Shown: piece by piece, positions 52,618-64,000 of the stretch | Position numbering within the stretch: the stretch's first letter is position 1 | How the letters are laid out: the number at the start of each line of letters is the position of its first letter | Source of the DNA: Flaccisagitta enflata | Lineage: Eukaryota | Reading direction: 5' to 3' | Length of the DNA stretch: 64,000 nucleotides | NCBI GenBank assembly: GCA_965153355.1 | Contig: OZ231126.1 | Span: forward strand, 39,308,001 to 39,372,000 | Made by a program: the position numbers and the translations under genes | Notes under the pieces: model-generated | Database searches by the model: none | Seen by the model: the letters and a program-made list of their open reading frames with translations, nothing else | What the model was told of the DNA's origin: nothing

Positions 52618-54022
52618 GACAGAGAGAGACAGAGAGTCAGACATAGCCTGACAGAGACAGACAGAAGGGGACAAATAAAAGCTGACATAGAGAAACCTAG
52701 ACATTTATTAGGAGAAAAGGGAGGAAACGGAGAAACAGATCTGAGAGGAAAAAAAGAAATGCAGAATGAAGAGGAGGAGGAGGAGGAGGAGGAGGAGGAG
52801 GAGGAAGAGGCGGACAAATGGAGGGCGGATACCAAAATCGTTTTCGTTAATCATTCTGTTTTTTGCCTAATTGAAATTCTTCCTCGTTACGAGTCAATTG
52901 GGAGCAGACTCGACTAAAGCCTAACAACCACTCATATTGTTGAAAGTTATCTCACGCGAAAAAAAAGACTTGTTTGAATTATTAAGGATGTCCTTACTTA
53001 ATCATCAAGCATAACAGCTGTTTTTCTTTGGTTGTTAGTTATTTATTCTGAAATCCCTGGTAATCTTTGTGTCCGCGTCATTGCTGCCCACTGCGAAACG
53101 GCAAAATGTGTCGTGAATGAGCAGTTACCATTAGCTCACACCCTTCGTTGTTTATTTCACGGTGTATATTCATCCATGATAAAAAGAATTGTTCACTTTC
53201 TTAAAGAGTCCCAAGTGCAAATATGATTTCTTAAAAAAAAACAAAGCCTTACTAGTTAGTTTTTCATCAAGCAGGATTGCATCTGCACACAATGTACTAA
53301 ACAACCTCATAAAAGTCAGACCTTACGTCAGCGCAATTTCACGCAAATGAACTATTCAAAATAGATTCAATGAAATCCAGGATTTACCATTACGAACCCA
53401 AAACCGACAAGGAAGAAAATTCACTTAAGCTTTTTTTTTCTTTCCTCTTTTTATCTTTCCTCTTTTTTTTTCTTTCCTCGTTTTTTTTCTTTTCATTTTT
53501 TATGTTCTTTTTTTTCTTTTTGACGATTTAATTGTGGCAGCAAAAGGAGGAATAGAATGGAGAGAAAAGGAAGAAATCAAAGAAAGAGACACGATTGTGT
53601 TCACGCCAGCAACAGTCAAGTGAATGCGGATCGAGGTTTGTAACTCTGAAGAAGTTGTTGCCACAAAACACGAGATATGAACATGGAGTGAATACAATGT
53701 AAGACTTCATAGGTACACTTTTTCAAGTCCAATAGACAATTGATAAATTAAATCACCGCCATGCTTCTTTCTCAAGAGATCAGAAGAATAACCAATACGG
53801 CTCCCATGGTTGTGGTGAAAAATCTTGAAATTTAGAAGAGCCGACGGTTTTATCACAGTCACGGCCAGGCAAAACTGCTTTAAGGACCAATAATGGAAGT
53901 CTTAGTAATGGTAGAACAGTGGTGTTGCAAAGCGAAAGCATCATCAATACATAATGGTTACAACTGGTTTTGTTAAAAACTGCAAAGTGAATTTGATCAT
54001 GTGAAACATATATCACTGGCCA

Positions 54023-54120
54023 CAGAAGCAAAACCGGAAGAAGCGGATTCGGCAGAAGCGGATTCGGCAGAAGCAGATTCGGCAGAAGCGGATTCGGCAG
54101 AAGCAGAACCGGAAGAAGGA
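54023..54120. repeat. 15-bp tandem repeat (GGCAGAAGCGGATTC)
   Basis: About 6 units, directly visible. Confidence 0.85.
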
Positions 54121-54214
54121 AAATCGGCGACCACCAATCAGAAACCATAATCCACTTGACATTTGGCAAGAATCGCCAACAACACTTTCACATGACCCAT
54201 ATAATGGATGGATG

Positions 54215-54264
<50 letters not shown>

Positions 54265-55439
54265 AAAGAGAGCAAGAAAAGAGAAACGGCACACTTGGCT
54301 AACATGATTTTCAAGATATGATATCAACGCTTAGCGAAGGCCTAAAGTGAATTCTTCTGGGTCAGACAGTCCAAATTTTGGCAGATGGAAGGATTCGTTT
54401 TATAAGTGAAGGGGGAGAGGAAGGTCGGGGGTCAGATTGGGTGGGGGGGGGGTCGGTTCTGACGTCTTTGTTTTAGAAACTTCACATAGGTTTGAAACTA
54501 GGCAGAGAGAGAAGCATAAGGTTGAAATATCAGGGGAACTGGGGGAGTAACAAATGTTGATGCCATCTCCACCACCCCCAAAAGATAAGGTTTCCACCTG
54601 AAAAGCCTCCAAAAACGTACATAGGGAACGTTTGAATTGTGTTGAATTGTATTTTGTCTCTTCCTTGTGTATTGAATATTCAAAATTCAAAATTCATTTG
54701 GTGTCCCGGCTTTACTATATCCTATGTTGTATTGGAATAATGGCTTACTTGTGATCCCCTCTACTAGATATGTCGCTAAGCGGATGTCTTCCACATATTT
54801 GGAAGAAAGAGATGTCTTGTTTTGCAGTAGATGTTTTCTTTTGTTGTTATATTGATTTAGAAGCAGCTCTGTTTCAAAATTGTTACTGGTTTTCAGGTGA
54901 AAACCTTTTTTTGGGACAAAAGTAAGTGATGATGTTTTGCGAAATTGAATTTTTTTGGTGGATAATGAGGTTGGAAAATGTTGAAAAGATTTTAAGGTGG
55001 AGATCAAGATTGTGATAAAGAAATGGAAAAAGACGATGGATGCGCTTTCTCCAGGACGGTGACAACTTCAAGGCAGTCGTTTTGCTATCAAAACGCGGCA
55101 AAAAAAAGTAAAGTACAAAAACACTTGACAAAAAGAATACATGAAGTAGAGGCAAAGAAAAAAAAAGAGGAGACAGAGAAGGAGGAGACAGAAGAGGAGG
55201 AGGAGAAGTTGGCAAACAGGAGGAGGTTATTCGGCGATGATGCATACAAAAAAGGAATGGGAAAATGGCGGAGAAAAATAGAGGTGGCAGAGGAGGAAGA
55301 GTAGGAGGAGGAGAAGGAGAAGGCGGTGGTGGTGGAGGAGAATAGAGGAGGCAAGGGCGAACAATGATGAATGGGGAGATGGTTGAGAACCAACAGACGG
55401 AGAAGACAAACATAAAAAAGAGTCACAGAGCGAGAACAG

Positions 55440-55484
<45 letters not shown>

Positions 55485-57058
55485 ATCTTGTCTTCACAAT
55501 TCACATAACCATAAGTAGATCTTTCTTTACAATTGGATTTCAAACATTTTTAACTAAATATGAAGCAAACATATCATATCATATGTGCTCATTGGTCACT
55601 TTTTCCTTCAGGCTATAGGTCACCCTTATCATAAGGCCCTTTGGAAAGACAAAACATGGTAAAGCAATCTGGGCTTTTGGCAGTGAATGCCAAAGTGTTT
55701 GATGATTATCTTGATCTCGACCTAGTTTGGCCCAACTGGCTCAGAGAATCAAAGTCATTGCTTCATTCAGGCTGAGAAAGTTGGAGATCTGCTCTTCTGC
55801 ACTATGGTCTCAAATCAGCCAAAATTTCACGCTTTTGAGGCATCGTGTACATTATCATATGAAAACTGGCTTGCTTTCAGAAGCATGCCCTAAAATCAGT
55901 TTGCGGTTTACCAACTACAGTTGAGCTTCACGAGAGCGCATTTCAAGGGAATGACCAAAATAATTTACTGTCATCTTCTCCGTAAAGCAATCAAAAGAGT
56001 TGTAATACTAAAGACTTCCTCTAGACTTGAAAATACTGGGGTGATCCTAGCCTGAGCACCGTTAGAGGATGTATCGTCTATGATGCCTAAGCCCCATAGG
56101 CATACCCGAGAAAAAAAATCCAAACATAAAATCTCTCTTTATACAGAAATCTCAGAATAATCTTTGATTTAAATTGCAAAATTATTGGGGCTGAGATTTG
56201 GGAATCGAGGCTGAAATTTTGGTCTTCAGGGTGCGATTTGGGCCTCGATGCTGAAATTGTAGTTTAAAGGCTGAGATTTTTACTACATGGGGGCGGGGGA
56301 AGGGACGTGGGAGAAGTAGGAAAAATTGTGAAAGTATACGTCACCGTAGAAACTATGCAGTGTTGCAGTGGCAAAGATTGTTAAACAGATCACAAATCAA
56401 TGCGAAGGATAACATTGGATAGCATTAGCAAGGCAGCGGAGTGATAGCTAAGAATAATGGAGTAAAGGTACAAACAGGCAAAGAAGAACAATTTATCAAA
56501 GAGAATTGCAAAAAAAAGTATCAGATAATGGGAAGTGACACTAAGGATATGCGTGGAGACAAGTGAGAAGCGACATTGGCGCTCGAAGGAACCTCTCCGA
56601 CTTTGATTAAACGACCTCTTTTGAAAAGACTCATTTCTAATCGAGCGTAACAACCATTAAAGGATATCAGTAACGTAATTTGCTTGTGATATGCGGAACG
56701 CCTTGTGGGATGTGACTGGTTTAATAAGGAAAGCGCGACGGTAAACCGGACGGTCAGACAGCCTGACGAAAAAAAAGCTTATGTAGAGCCCTTTGAAAGA
56801 ATATCACGACCAACCCCCCCCCCAACATTTAAATATTTGCTTTCAATATTGGAGAGGAGAGAGAAAGAAGATAAAAAGAAAATTCCAGCCAAAAATTCCC
56901 AGGTTTACAATTGAAGAGATTCTGTGAGATGATGTTGTGCCTTTCTTACGACCAAAATTCCGGACCGAAACGAGAGCATCTCATGTTTACAAAATGAGGA
57001 CGAGCAACAGACTGAAATCCAAGGAGCGAGAGAACAATTCGACAAGGAAGGAAGGAAG

Positions 57059-57112
<54 letters not shown>

Positions 57113-57792
57113 AATATTTTTAGTCGCGTGCACGCGACTCTACAACCCGCTTTGTTTGTCGATCGGTCGGTCGGTTGGTCGGTCGGTTGGTCGGTCACAC
57201 TTTACTTTTTTTTATAATTTTATTTCTTTGACCTCACTGCTCCTGCCCAAATGATCTGGTGACTTCAAATATGGCCCCTGCCCACTACGTTGAGTCAGAC
57301 TATATCAATTTTTTTTTCGCTGCCATGTTCAATAGCTCATTCTGTAGATCTCCGCGAATTCAGCTAATGGTTCAAAGGCCATTGCAGTAAGAATCCTAAA
57401 CCCTTCGGCGCAGAGCATGCTTTAAAATGAAGGAAAATAGTATTGACCATTTTTATCATTTTATTTTGTCAATTATTTTTTTTGTCATTCTCTTTCAATT
57501 TTTTTTGTGTCATTTGATTTTTCAATTTCATTTTGTGTCATTTGATTTTTCAATTTCTTTTTTTGTCTTTTCATTTTGTGTTATTTTTGTAGCAGACTAT
57601 TAGAGATCATGGAGGTATTTCTTTACAATTTATTGATAGAACAAAACCAATTTACCGACTTGACTCTCGTTGCATTAGATTGAGTGGATCGAGTGGATCG
57701 CGTGGATCGCGTGGATGTTGCGGGGGTGGGGGTGGGGGGGGGTGAGGTTTTTGGAGCAACTGGTTGAATTGATCGACGGCGTAAGTCACTTC

Positions 57793-58172
57793 TTATTGTG
57801 AGTCTACCTCTAACAATTTGAACACTTCTTGGTGAGGCAAATTCAAAATGCCTGCTGGCGCTGCTGGGAAAACCTGTCGGCAACGCTCATCAAACCCGAT
57901 CCTTGGCGGATCTTGTCCTTTGTCCTTTATAAGGCCTTTGTGTTCTTTGTAAAGTGCCCTAGCCCGGTTCTTCAGGGTATTTAGAGAAGCAGTGGGGAGA
58001 CTGGCAGCATCATAGAAGGGACTGACAAGTTCTTTGACGTCTTTATAGCAAGCCGTCATAATAGCCATTCTACTCTCGGGTCTTTTTAAGCAAGGAAAAA
58101 AGAATTGAACTGTTGGTTGGCGCTCGCGAGAGTCGTGTTGTCTTCGGCGGATCTACGAGCCAAAACTTGCGC
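57793..58172 (-). pseudogene. Frameshifted ORF remnant resembling a hATm-type transposase N-terminus
   Basis: RKFWLVDPPKTTRLSRAPTNSSILFSLL / VKELVSPFYDAASLPTASLNTLKNRARALYKEHKGLIK inside the TIR element. The resemblance is from memory, not a search. Confidence 0.45.
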
Positions 58173-59001
58173 TTTTTGGGCAGCGGCCCCAGAAGGGCCA
58201 ATGACCTTTGAATCCACACAGGGTAATCCGTTTTTCCATTTTTCGATTTCAGTCCCCCCCTCTCAGGCCTGAAATCAACCTCCTCAGCCCTCAAATCAGC
58301 CCTTCAGACCTCATATCAGCCCTTTCAATCCTCAAATCAGCCCTCTCAGCCCTCAAATCAGCCCTCTCAGCTTTAAATCAGCCCTCTCAGGCTTCAAATC
58401 ACCCCTTACAGACCTCAAATCAGCCCTCTCAGGCCTAAAATCAACCCTGTCAGACCTTAATTCAGCCCTCTCGGACTTCAAATCAGCCCTTTAAGACCTC
58501 AAATTGGCCCTCTCAGGCCTCAAATCAACCCTCTCAAGCCTAAAATCAACCCTCTCAAGCCTCAAATCAACCCTTCTAGACCTCAAAACAGCCCTCTCAG
58601 CCCTTAAATTGGCCGTAAATAAGCCCTCTCAGCTATCAAAGCAGCCCTCTCAGGCTTCAAACACAGCCCTTACGTCCCTCAAATTAGCCCTTTCACACTA
58701 CAAAACAGCCCTTTCACACCACAAATCAACTCTCTTAGGCCTCAAATCAGCCCTCTTAAGCCTCAAATTCACCCTTTCATGCCTCATAGACCTTAAATTA
58801 GCCCTATCAGGCCTTAAATTTTCCCTCTCGGACCTCTAATCAGGCCCTTAATCAACTGCGTGCTGTATCAGCCCTGTGTGGAATCATAGGTCTTCGGCCT
58901 CTCCACAGCTGCTGCCTCAATCACCAAATTCTTTCAAAACACTGATAATATACAATGGGGCAACGGGAACCGCTGACCATATGACGCTTTAGCGACCTGT
59001 T
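58173..59001. mobile_element. Family C element in opposite orientation, array (TCAGGCCTCAAATCAGCCCTC)n
   Basis: TTTTGGGCAGCGGCCCC start and GGGCAACGGGAACCGCTGACCAT...CGCTTTAGCGACC end. Confidence 0.8.
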
Positions 59002-59036
59002 GGGTTTGGGCTAGATATGAAGGAGAGAGAGAGAGA

Positions 59037-59124
<88 letters not shown>

Positions 59125-59270
59125 AGGTAGAAGAAAAGGAAGAAGGAAAGGAAGGAAGGAAGAAAGGAAGGAAAAAAGGAAGGAAATAAAGAAATAAAAA
59201 AAGAAACGAAGAAACGAAGAAACGAAGAGAGAGGAAAGAAATAGAGAAACAGAGAAAGGAGGGAGAGGAA

Positions 59271-59334
<64 letters not shown>

Positions 59335-61207
59335 ATGAAAGAAAGAAAGAGGCGGGGACACGCACGCACGCATCTATCACTATCAGTCTTTTATATTTAA
59401 CCCAGTCCTTACTGGTCTTTTTTTCGTGTGGAACAAATTCTTTGAATTCAACTTCGCGGCTGTTACAGAGTTTCATGTTAAAACAAGTGACGCGGGGTCA
59501 CAATATCGTTGCGGACGGGTGGGCAGGGGCGTGCAACCCCCATTCACCCCTCACACACAGAGTCACAAGGGGAGCCTCGAAAATGCGCGTTTTCACAATT
59601 TTCAACTCTATCCCCATGACGGACGGACGGACGGACGGACGGACGGACGGACGGACGGACGGACGGACGGACGGACGGACGGATGGATGGACGGACGGAC
59701 GGACGGACGGACGGATGGACGGACAAAGCCTCTTACAGAGTTGCGTGTCCGCAAATAAAAAGACAGTAAACTTAAAAAGATGCTAACTACTAAAAACAAG
59801 TGACGCAGGGTCACAATATCGTTGCGGACCGGTGGGCAGGGGCATCCAACCCCCATACACACCCCAACCCACCCCCAACACTCAAACATACACAATAAGT
59901 ATCGAAAGGCTCGTTTTCCCACTTTTAAACTCAATGATCATGAACCAATGGACGGATGGACCGACGGACGGACAGACAAAGCCTCTTATAGAGTTGCGTG
60001 TTCGCAACAAAAAAATCATAAACTAAAGATGGTGTCTGTCACAAACCCGGCGTAGGTGTCTAATGGTTACAAGAATGAGGAAACTTTGTCTAATTATTTT
60101 TTATTACCCTGAACTCAAACATTGCTCCCACCGCGCCGAAGGGTTTCATCATGCTATGACCGCAAGATTTGAAATTTTAATTCAGTTAGTGATGTGTAAT
60201 CGATAGAGCATCAGAAACATTACTGCATTGGAGAAAAAATTAAGCTGAATCAACGTACTGCCCACCCGCACGCGACTTCGGTAGCCGTGTATCCGGCCTT
60301 GTTATCGGACACAGTGCTCTGGCAAGCCGTTCTGATCACTCAAGTTGGATCTTGTTTTGATTTTAAAAACGCAGAAAAAAAATGATCAGCGGTTTTTTCT
60401 CTTTTTTCAAAGAAAAAATTTTGCTTTGTAAATCGACTGGTGTGCGGGTGCGGGTGCATAACAAGATCGGAGTTGCAAACTATCCCATATAAAAAATAGA
60501 AATAACGATCTCCTCTCTCCATACTCAGACTTATGTTACAAGGATACAGAATATGAATTCTGCTCATGCCAATAGAACGTAAAAATTGGCTTGGCAAATA
60601 AACTTTTTTTCATCCGCGAAAAAAAAAGGTCAAGGAGAGTATTCAAGACACACATACGTCGGAACGTCGCCCGTCATCTCGGAGAGAGGAAGTCAAGGTA
60701 TAAGTTTTGATTTGCCCATATGAGAAAAACGCCCATAAGTGATTCAAAAGAAACAAGGTCAACCAACCTTCGTTGCGTGATAAAAACATTTACAAAGATA
60801 ATAAGAGTGTTTAGACTTAAGCTATTTATCTATAAATATCTATGATTATGTTTGATTACCTAATATAAACTATATTTCTGTACATTTACCATCGATAACC
60901 TGTAAGTCTGTAACTACCTATAAAATGGTTCACCGATCGACCTTCCGACGGACATAGAGGTAGCGAGAGACTGCTTTGACCGATAATTCTGGCTGATGCT
61001 CATACTTTATGTTTTGAACAATTTATAACCATGTCAATTTTCGAGTTCACCGATAAAAACTTCCACATATGGCTCAAATCTCAAATACACACCAACTTTC
61101 TGTCCTCAATTCACTTAAATTTGTAAGTCATTTTCCAGGACCAGGGTGACTGCATGAACGAGTTTAGCAGCAGCGGCAGCAGCAGCGCAGTATATTTTTT
61201 CGCTTAG

Positions 61208-61702
61208 GCTCATGAACGCACAATGAACGCAGCGCGTAGCTTCGCCCAGGAAACTTTAGGTAGCCCACTCATTTTGGGGCGGTAATTGATAGTAATAGTT
61301 AATGAAAATAGCCAGACAGATGTAATTCAGTGTAAATGATAAAAAAATAACATAAGTAAGCAGTGTCCGACCTCAAATCCCGTACATTATTGCCTCTATC
61401 AACCTAAGGAACTCATGCACAAGTTTAATTGGACGGCATTCCATTGGCCGGCGATGCCGCTGTTAGCGCTCAGAACAGAATAGAGAAAGTAGGTCCAACA
61501 AGTTTTTTGAGAATTTTAACAGAAATAAGCGGTTCCTTAAAAGATATTTTAATAAGGTACAGAAAAAGTATCATTATTTCGTGTTACTTTTGCTATTGTC
61601 TACAGGAAATAGCTAATGATTTATTAGAACGGGCGGATCACTTTTATACATGGGGAAGTTGTCCACCTCAGATTTCCGATGATGCGCGCTCGCTAATAGA
61701 GG
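61208..61702 (+). pseudogene. Possible spliced gene fragment with an in-frame stop
   Basis: Exon-like pieces 61208-61259, 61409-61488 and 61606 onward have GT-AG sites and matching phases. TAA at 61426-61428. Truncated by a HINE end at about 61700. Confidence 0.35.
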
Positions 61703-61823
61703 GTTATAAAGTCGCGTGTACGCGACTAAAAGGAACAACCTCAAATCGAGGAAACCGAGGAGAAGACGAAATAACAAAGAGAGAGAGAGAGAGAGAGAGA
61801 GCGAGAGCGAGAGCGAGAGCGAG

Positions 61824-61858
<35 letters not shown>

Positions 61859-62475
61859 AGGAGATTGATTGACGGGGATAACGTAACAGAGGGGACGGGA
61901 CATAGGACAGTTGATGAGATATAAGAGAACCATTCAGGCACATTTGCAGGGCGCCAAAAGTGATTGGCAGAATTGACAGATCAGCATGCAAAGCGAGTAG
62001 TGACTGACTGACATATACGCAGTTACGCACGGCGCGAGAAGTGTCCGGCAGACTGACACAGACAAGCACGCAAGTTGCAAGTGACTAGCACATTGTCACC
62101 AGAGCTATCCGGTTACGTTCCTTTAAACGACGAACAGACTGACAGGCAAATATGACTTGAGGACTGACGAAAAACGTCTGAGAAATCAATCATGACAGAT
62201 GGAGAGGCAACCTATTGAAACCTAAAATGATGGAAAGAAAAAGAATGGAAATGATGAAAAGGTTCTAGACTCCTTAGAGCGGCGGCGAACTTCCCGTCAG
62301 ATTTACTCGTTCATGTCATATTCTCCAACCGTTGTTTCTATTGCCTCATAATGTCACTTATGTCCTCACAGTTCTGTTTTCGCCCATTAACGTTACTGGT
62401 TATCTCCACCCTGCACTGTGTGTACATGGGCCCTTAATTCACTTTCTGTGCTCTACCGTCATTCCTCACTCTTGT

Positions 62476-62788
62476 TTCTCTCTCTCTCTCCCCTGATCTG
62501 TCCCTCATTCTGTCTGAATGTTTCTCTGTCTGTCTGTTTCTCTGTCTGTCCGTTTCTCTGTCTGTCCGTTTCGGCGTCTGTCTGTCTGTTTCTCTGTCTG
62601 TCTGTTTCTCTGTCTGTCTGTTTCTCTGTTTCTCAGTCTGTCTGTTTCTCAGTCTGTCTGTTTCACTGTCTGTCTGTTTCACTGTCTGTCTGTTTCACTG
62701 TCTGTCTGTTTCTCTGTCTGTCTGTTTCTCTGTCTGTCTGTTTCTCTGTCTGTCTGTTTCTCTGTTTCTCTGTCTCTCTGTCTGTCTC

Positions 62789-62862
<74 letters not shown>
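62476..62862. repeat. Compound (CTGT/CT)n with a 16-bp unit TCTGTCTGTCTGTTTC
   Basis: Directly visible. Confidence 0.9.
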
Positions 62863-62864
<2 letters not shown>

Positions 62865-63067
62865 CGTAACTTATGCGGTTGTCTGTCACTCAAGAGCTTC
62901 CAATGTAAAAGTGAGTAATGTGACGAAGATAAAGAAGATGAAGAGAAGGAGGAGCAGAAGGAGGAGAAAAGAAAGAAGGAGAGTGATATTTGTAAGAAAT
63001 GGTTTAAATGATAGTGCAGAAGAAACTCCCCCGCCACACACACACACGCACACGCACACGCACACGC

Positions 63068-63133
<66 letters not shown>

Positions 63134-63582
63134 AGTAATAACTTACGCAGAAACGATTATTTATCGTCGATAAAAAACACGAGCGTGACAAATTTTGACG
63201 ATTGAAACGAATCTCGGAGTAACGAAATCTTGAGTAAATACGCAATTGAAGAATCTGAAATGATGGCAAAATAGAAGAAGGGGGAAAGGGGGGGGAAAGA
63301 AAGCCTTGAATTTTGTGTTTTGAAACACCAAAATCAGTGAAGAAAAAACGGTTATCGATTCGGGAGGGCAAACGGACAGACTATGACGGACACTGCTCGC
63401 CAGAAAAGACTGTCAACGACTGGTGAAAATACAAATACCAAGAGTCTCACATTTAACACGTGCCACGCCGTTTAAAACCAAATGCCGCAATTGAATGTCA
63501 TACGGAACACCCTCGACATCAAATATCTCGACCCACCACTGCGAGGCTCCTCCCACACTATGGTCGGCAATTCTAACGCACA

Positions 63583-63696
<114 letters not shown>

Positions 63697-64000
63697 TTGA
63701 AGTCAAAGTTCACTTGCTAATCAGCTGCGTGTTTAAATTTCTTCTTCAAGACGCTCTGATTTAACGACTCATTTCATCATTACGCCTCTTTACGCCGCGT
63801 CGTTTCTAGCATTTCGCCACATTTTTTATCATAACGCCTTTCTAAGCCACATCTTTATCCTCTTTACGCCACATTTCTAGTTGCGGACACGCAAATCTAT
63901 GAAAGGCTTTGCCCGTCCATCCGTTTGTCCGTCCATCCGTCCGCCCATCCGTAACGCATGAGTCAAAAAGTGGAAAAACAAGCGTTTTAGATGCTTTTTT

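Larger units (their letters stand above)
57286..60257 (-). mobile_element. hAT-type (hATm-like) element of about 3 kb that splits a HINE
   Basis: TIR TACGTTGAGTCAG / CTGAATCAACGTA and perfect 8-bp TSD CTGCCCAC (57278-57285, 60258-60265). The flanks rejoin into one family 1 HINE. Subterminal inverted motif AAACCCTTCGGCGC. Confidence 0.85.

Noticed and set aside
55728..55800. tRNA or tRNA-derived SINE (TGGCTCAG A-box-like)
   Set aside because: No B-box and no cloverleaf pairing.

Overview
Eukaryotic genomic DNA, most likely from an invertebrate animal: AT-rich, very microsatellite-rich, with GT-AG introns. Almost every long ORF in the supplied track is a microsatellite artefact. (1) The main gene is a spliced minus-strand gene. 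Seven coding exons (19819-19638, 15785-15716, 15421-15209, 14594-14227, 13880-13662, 13511-12872, 6711-6620) join in phase into about 595 aa of Ser/Ala-rich, probably disordered and nuclear protein that I do not recognise. Its 3' exons near 6.2-4.2 kb are ambiguous. A CpG-rich candidate promoter and non-coding first exon lie at about 31.6-32.5 kb. (2) Many non-autonomous DNA transposons are present and often nested. They include several Helentron-associated (HINE/DINE-1-like) families, one of which carries about 21-bp tandem arrays; hAT elements with perfect 8-bp TSDs, one about 3 kb with a decayed transposase-like ORF; two copies of a Mutator-like MITE with 9-bp TSDs; foldback elements with 4-bp TSDs; and Tc1/pogo- and Harbinger-like MITEs. 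(3) There are minisatellites of 13, 15, 20, 78 and about 145 bp, and a possible plus-strand spliced pseudogene fragment near 61.2-61.7 kb. I found no rRNA, tRNA, CRISPR array or intact autonomous element, and I cannot claim a clearly new biological system. The best leads are the unrecognised gene, the HINE families with covarying ends and a fixed array period, and a foldback element bearing X-box motifs.
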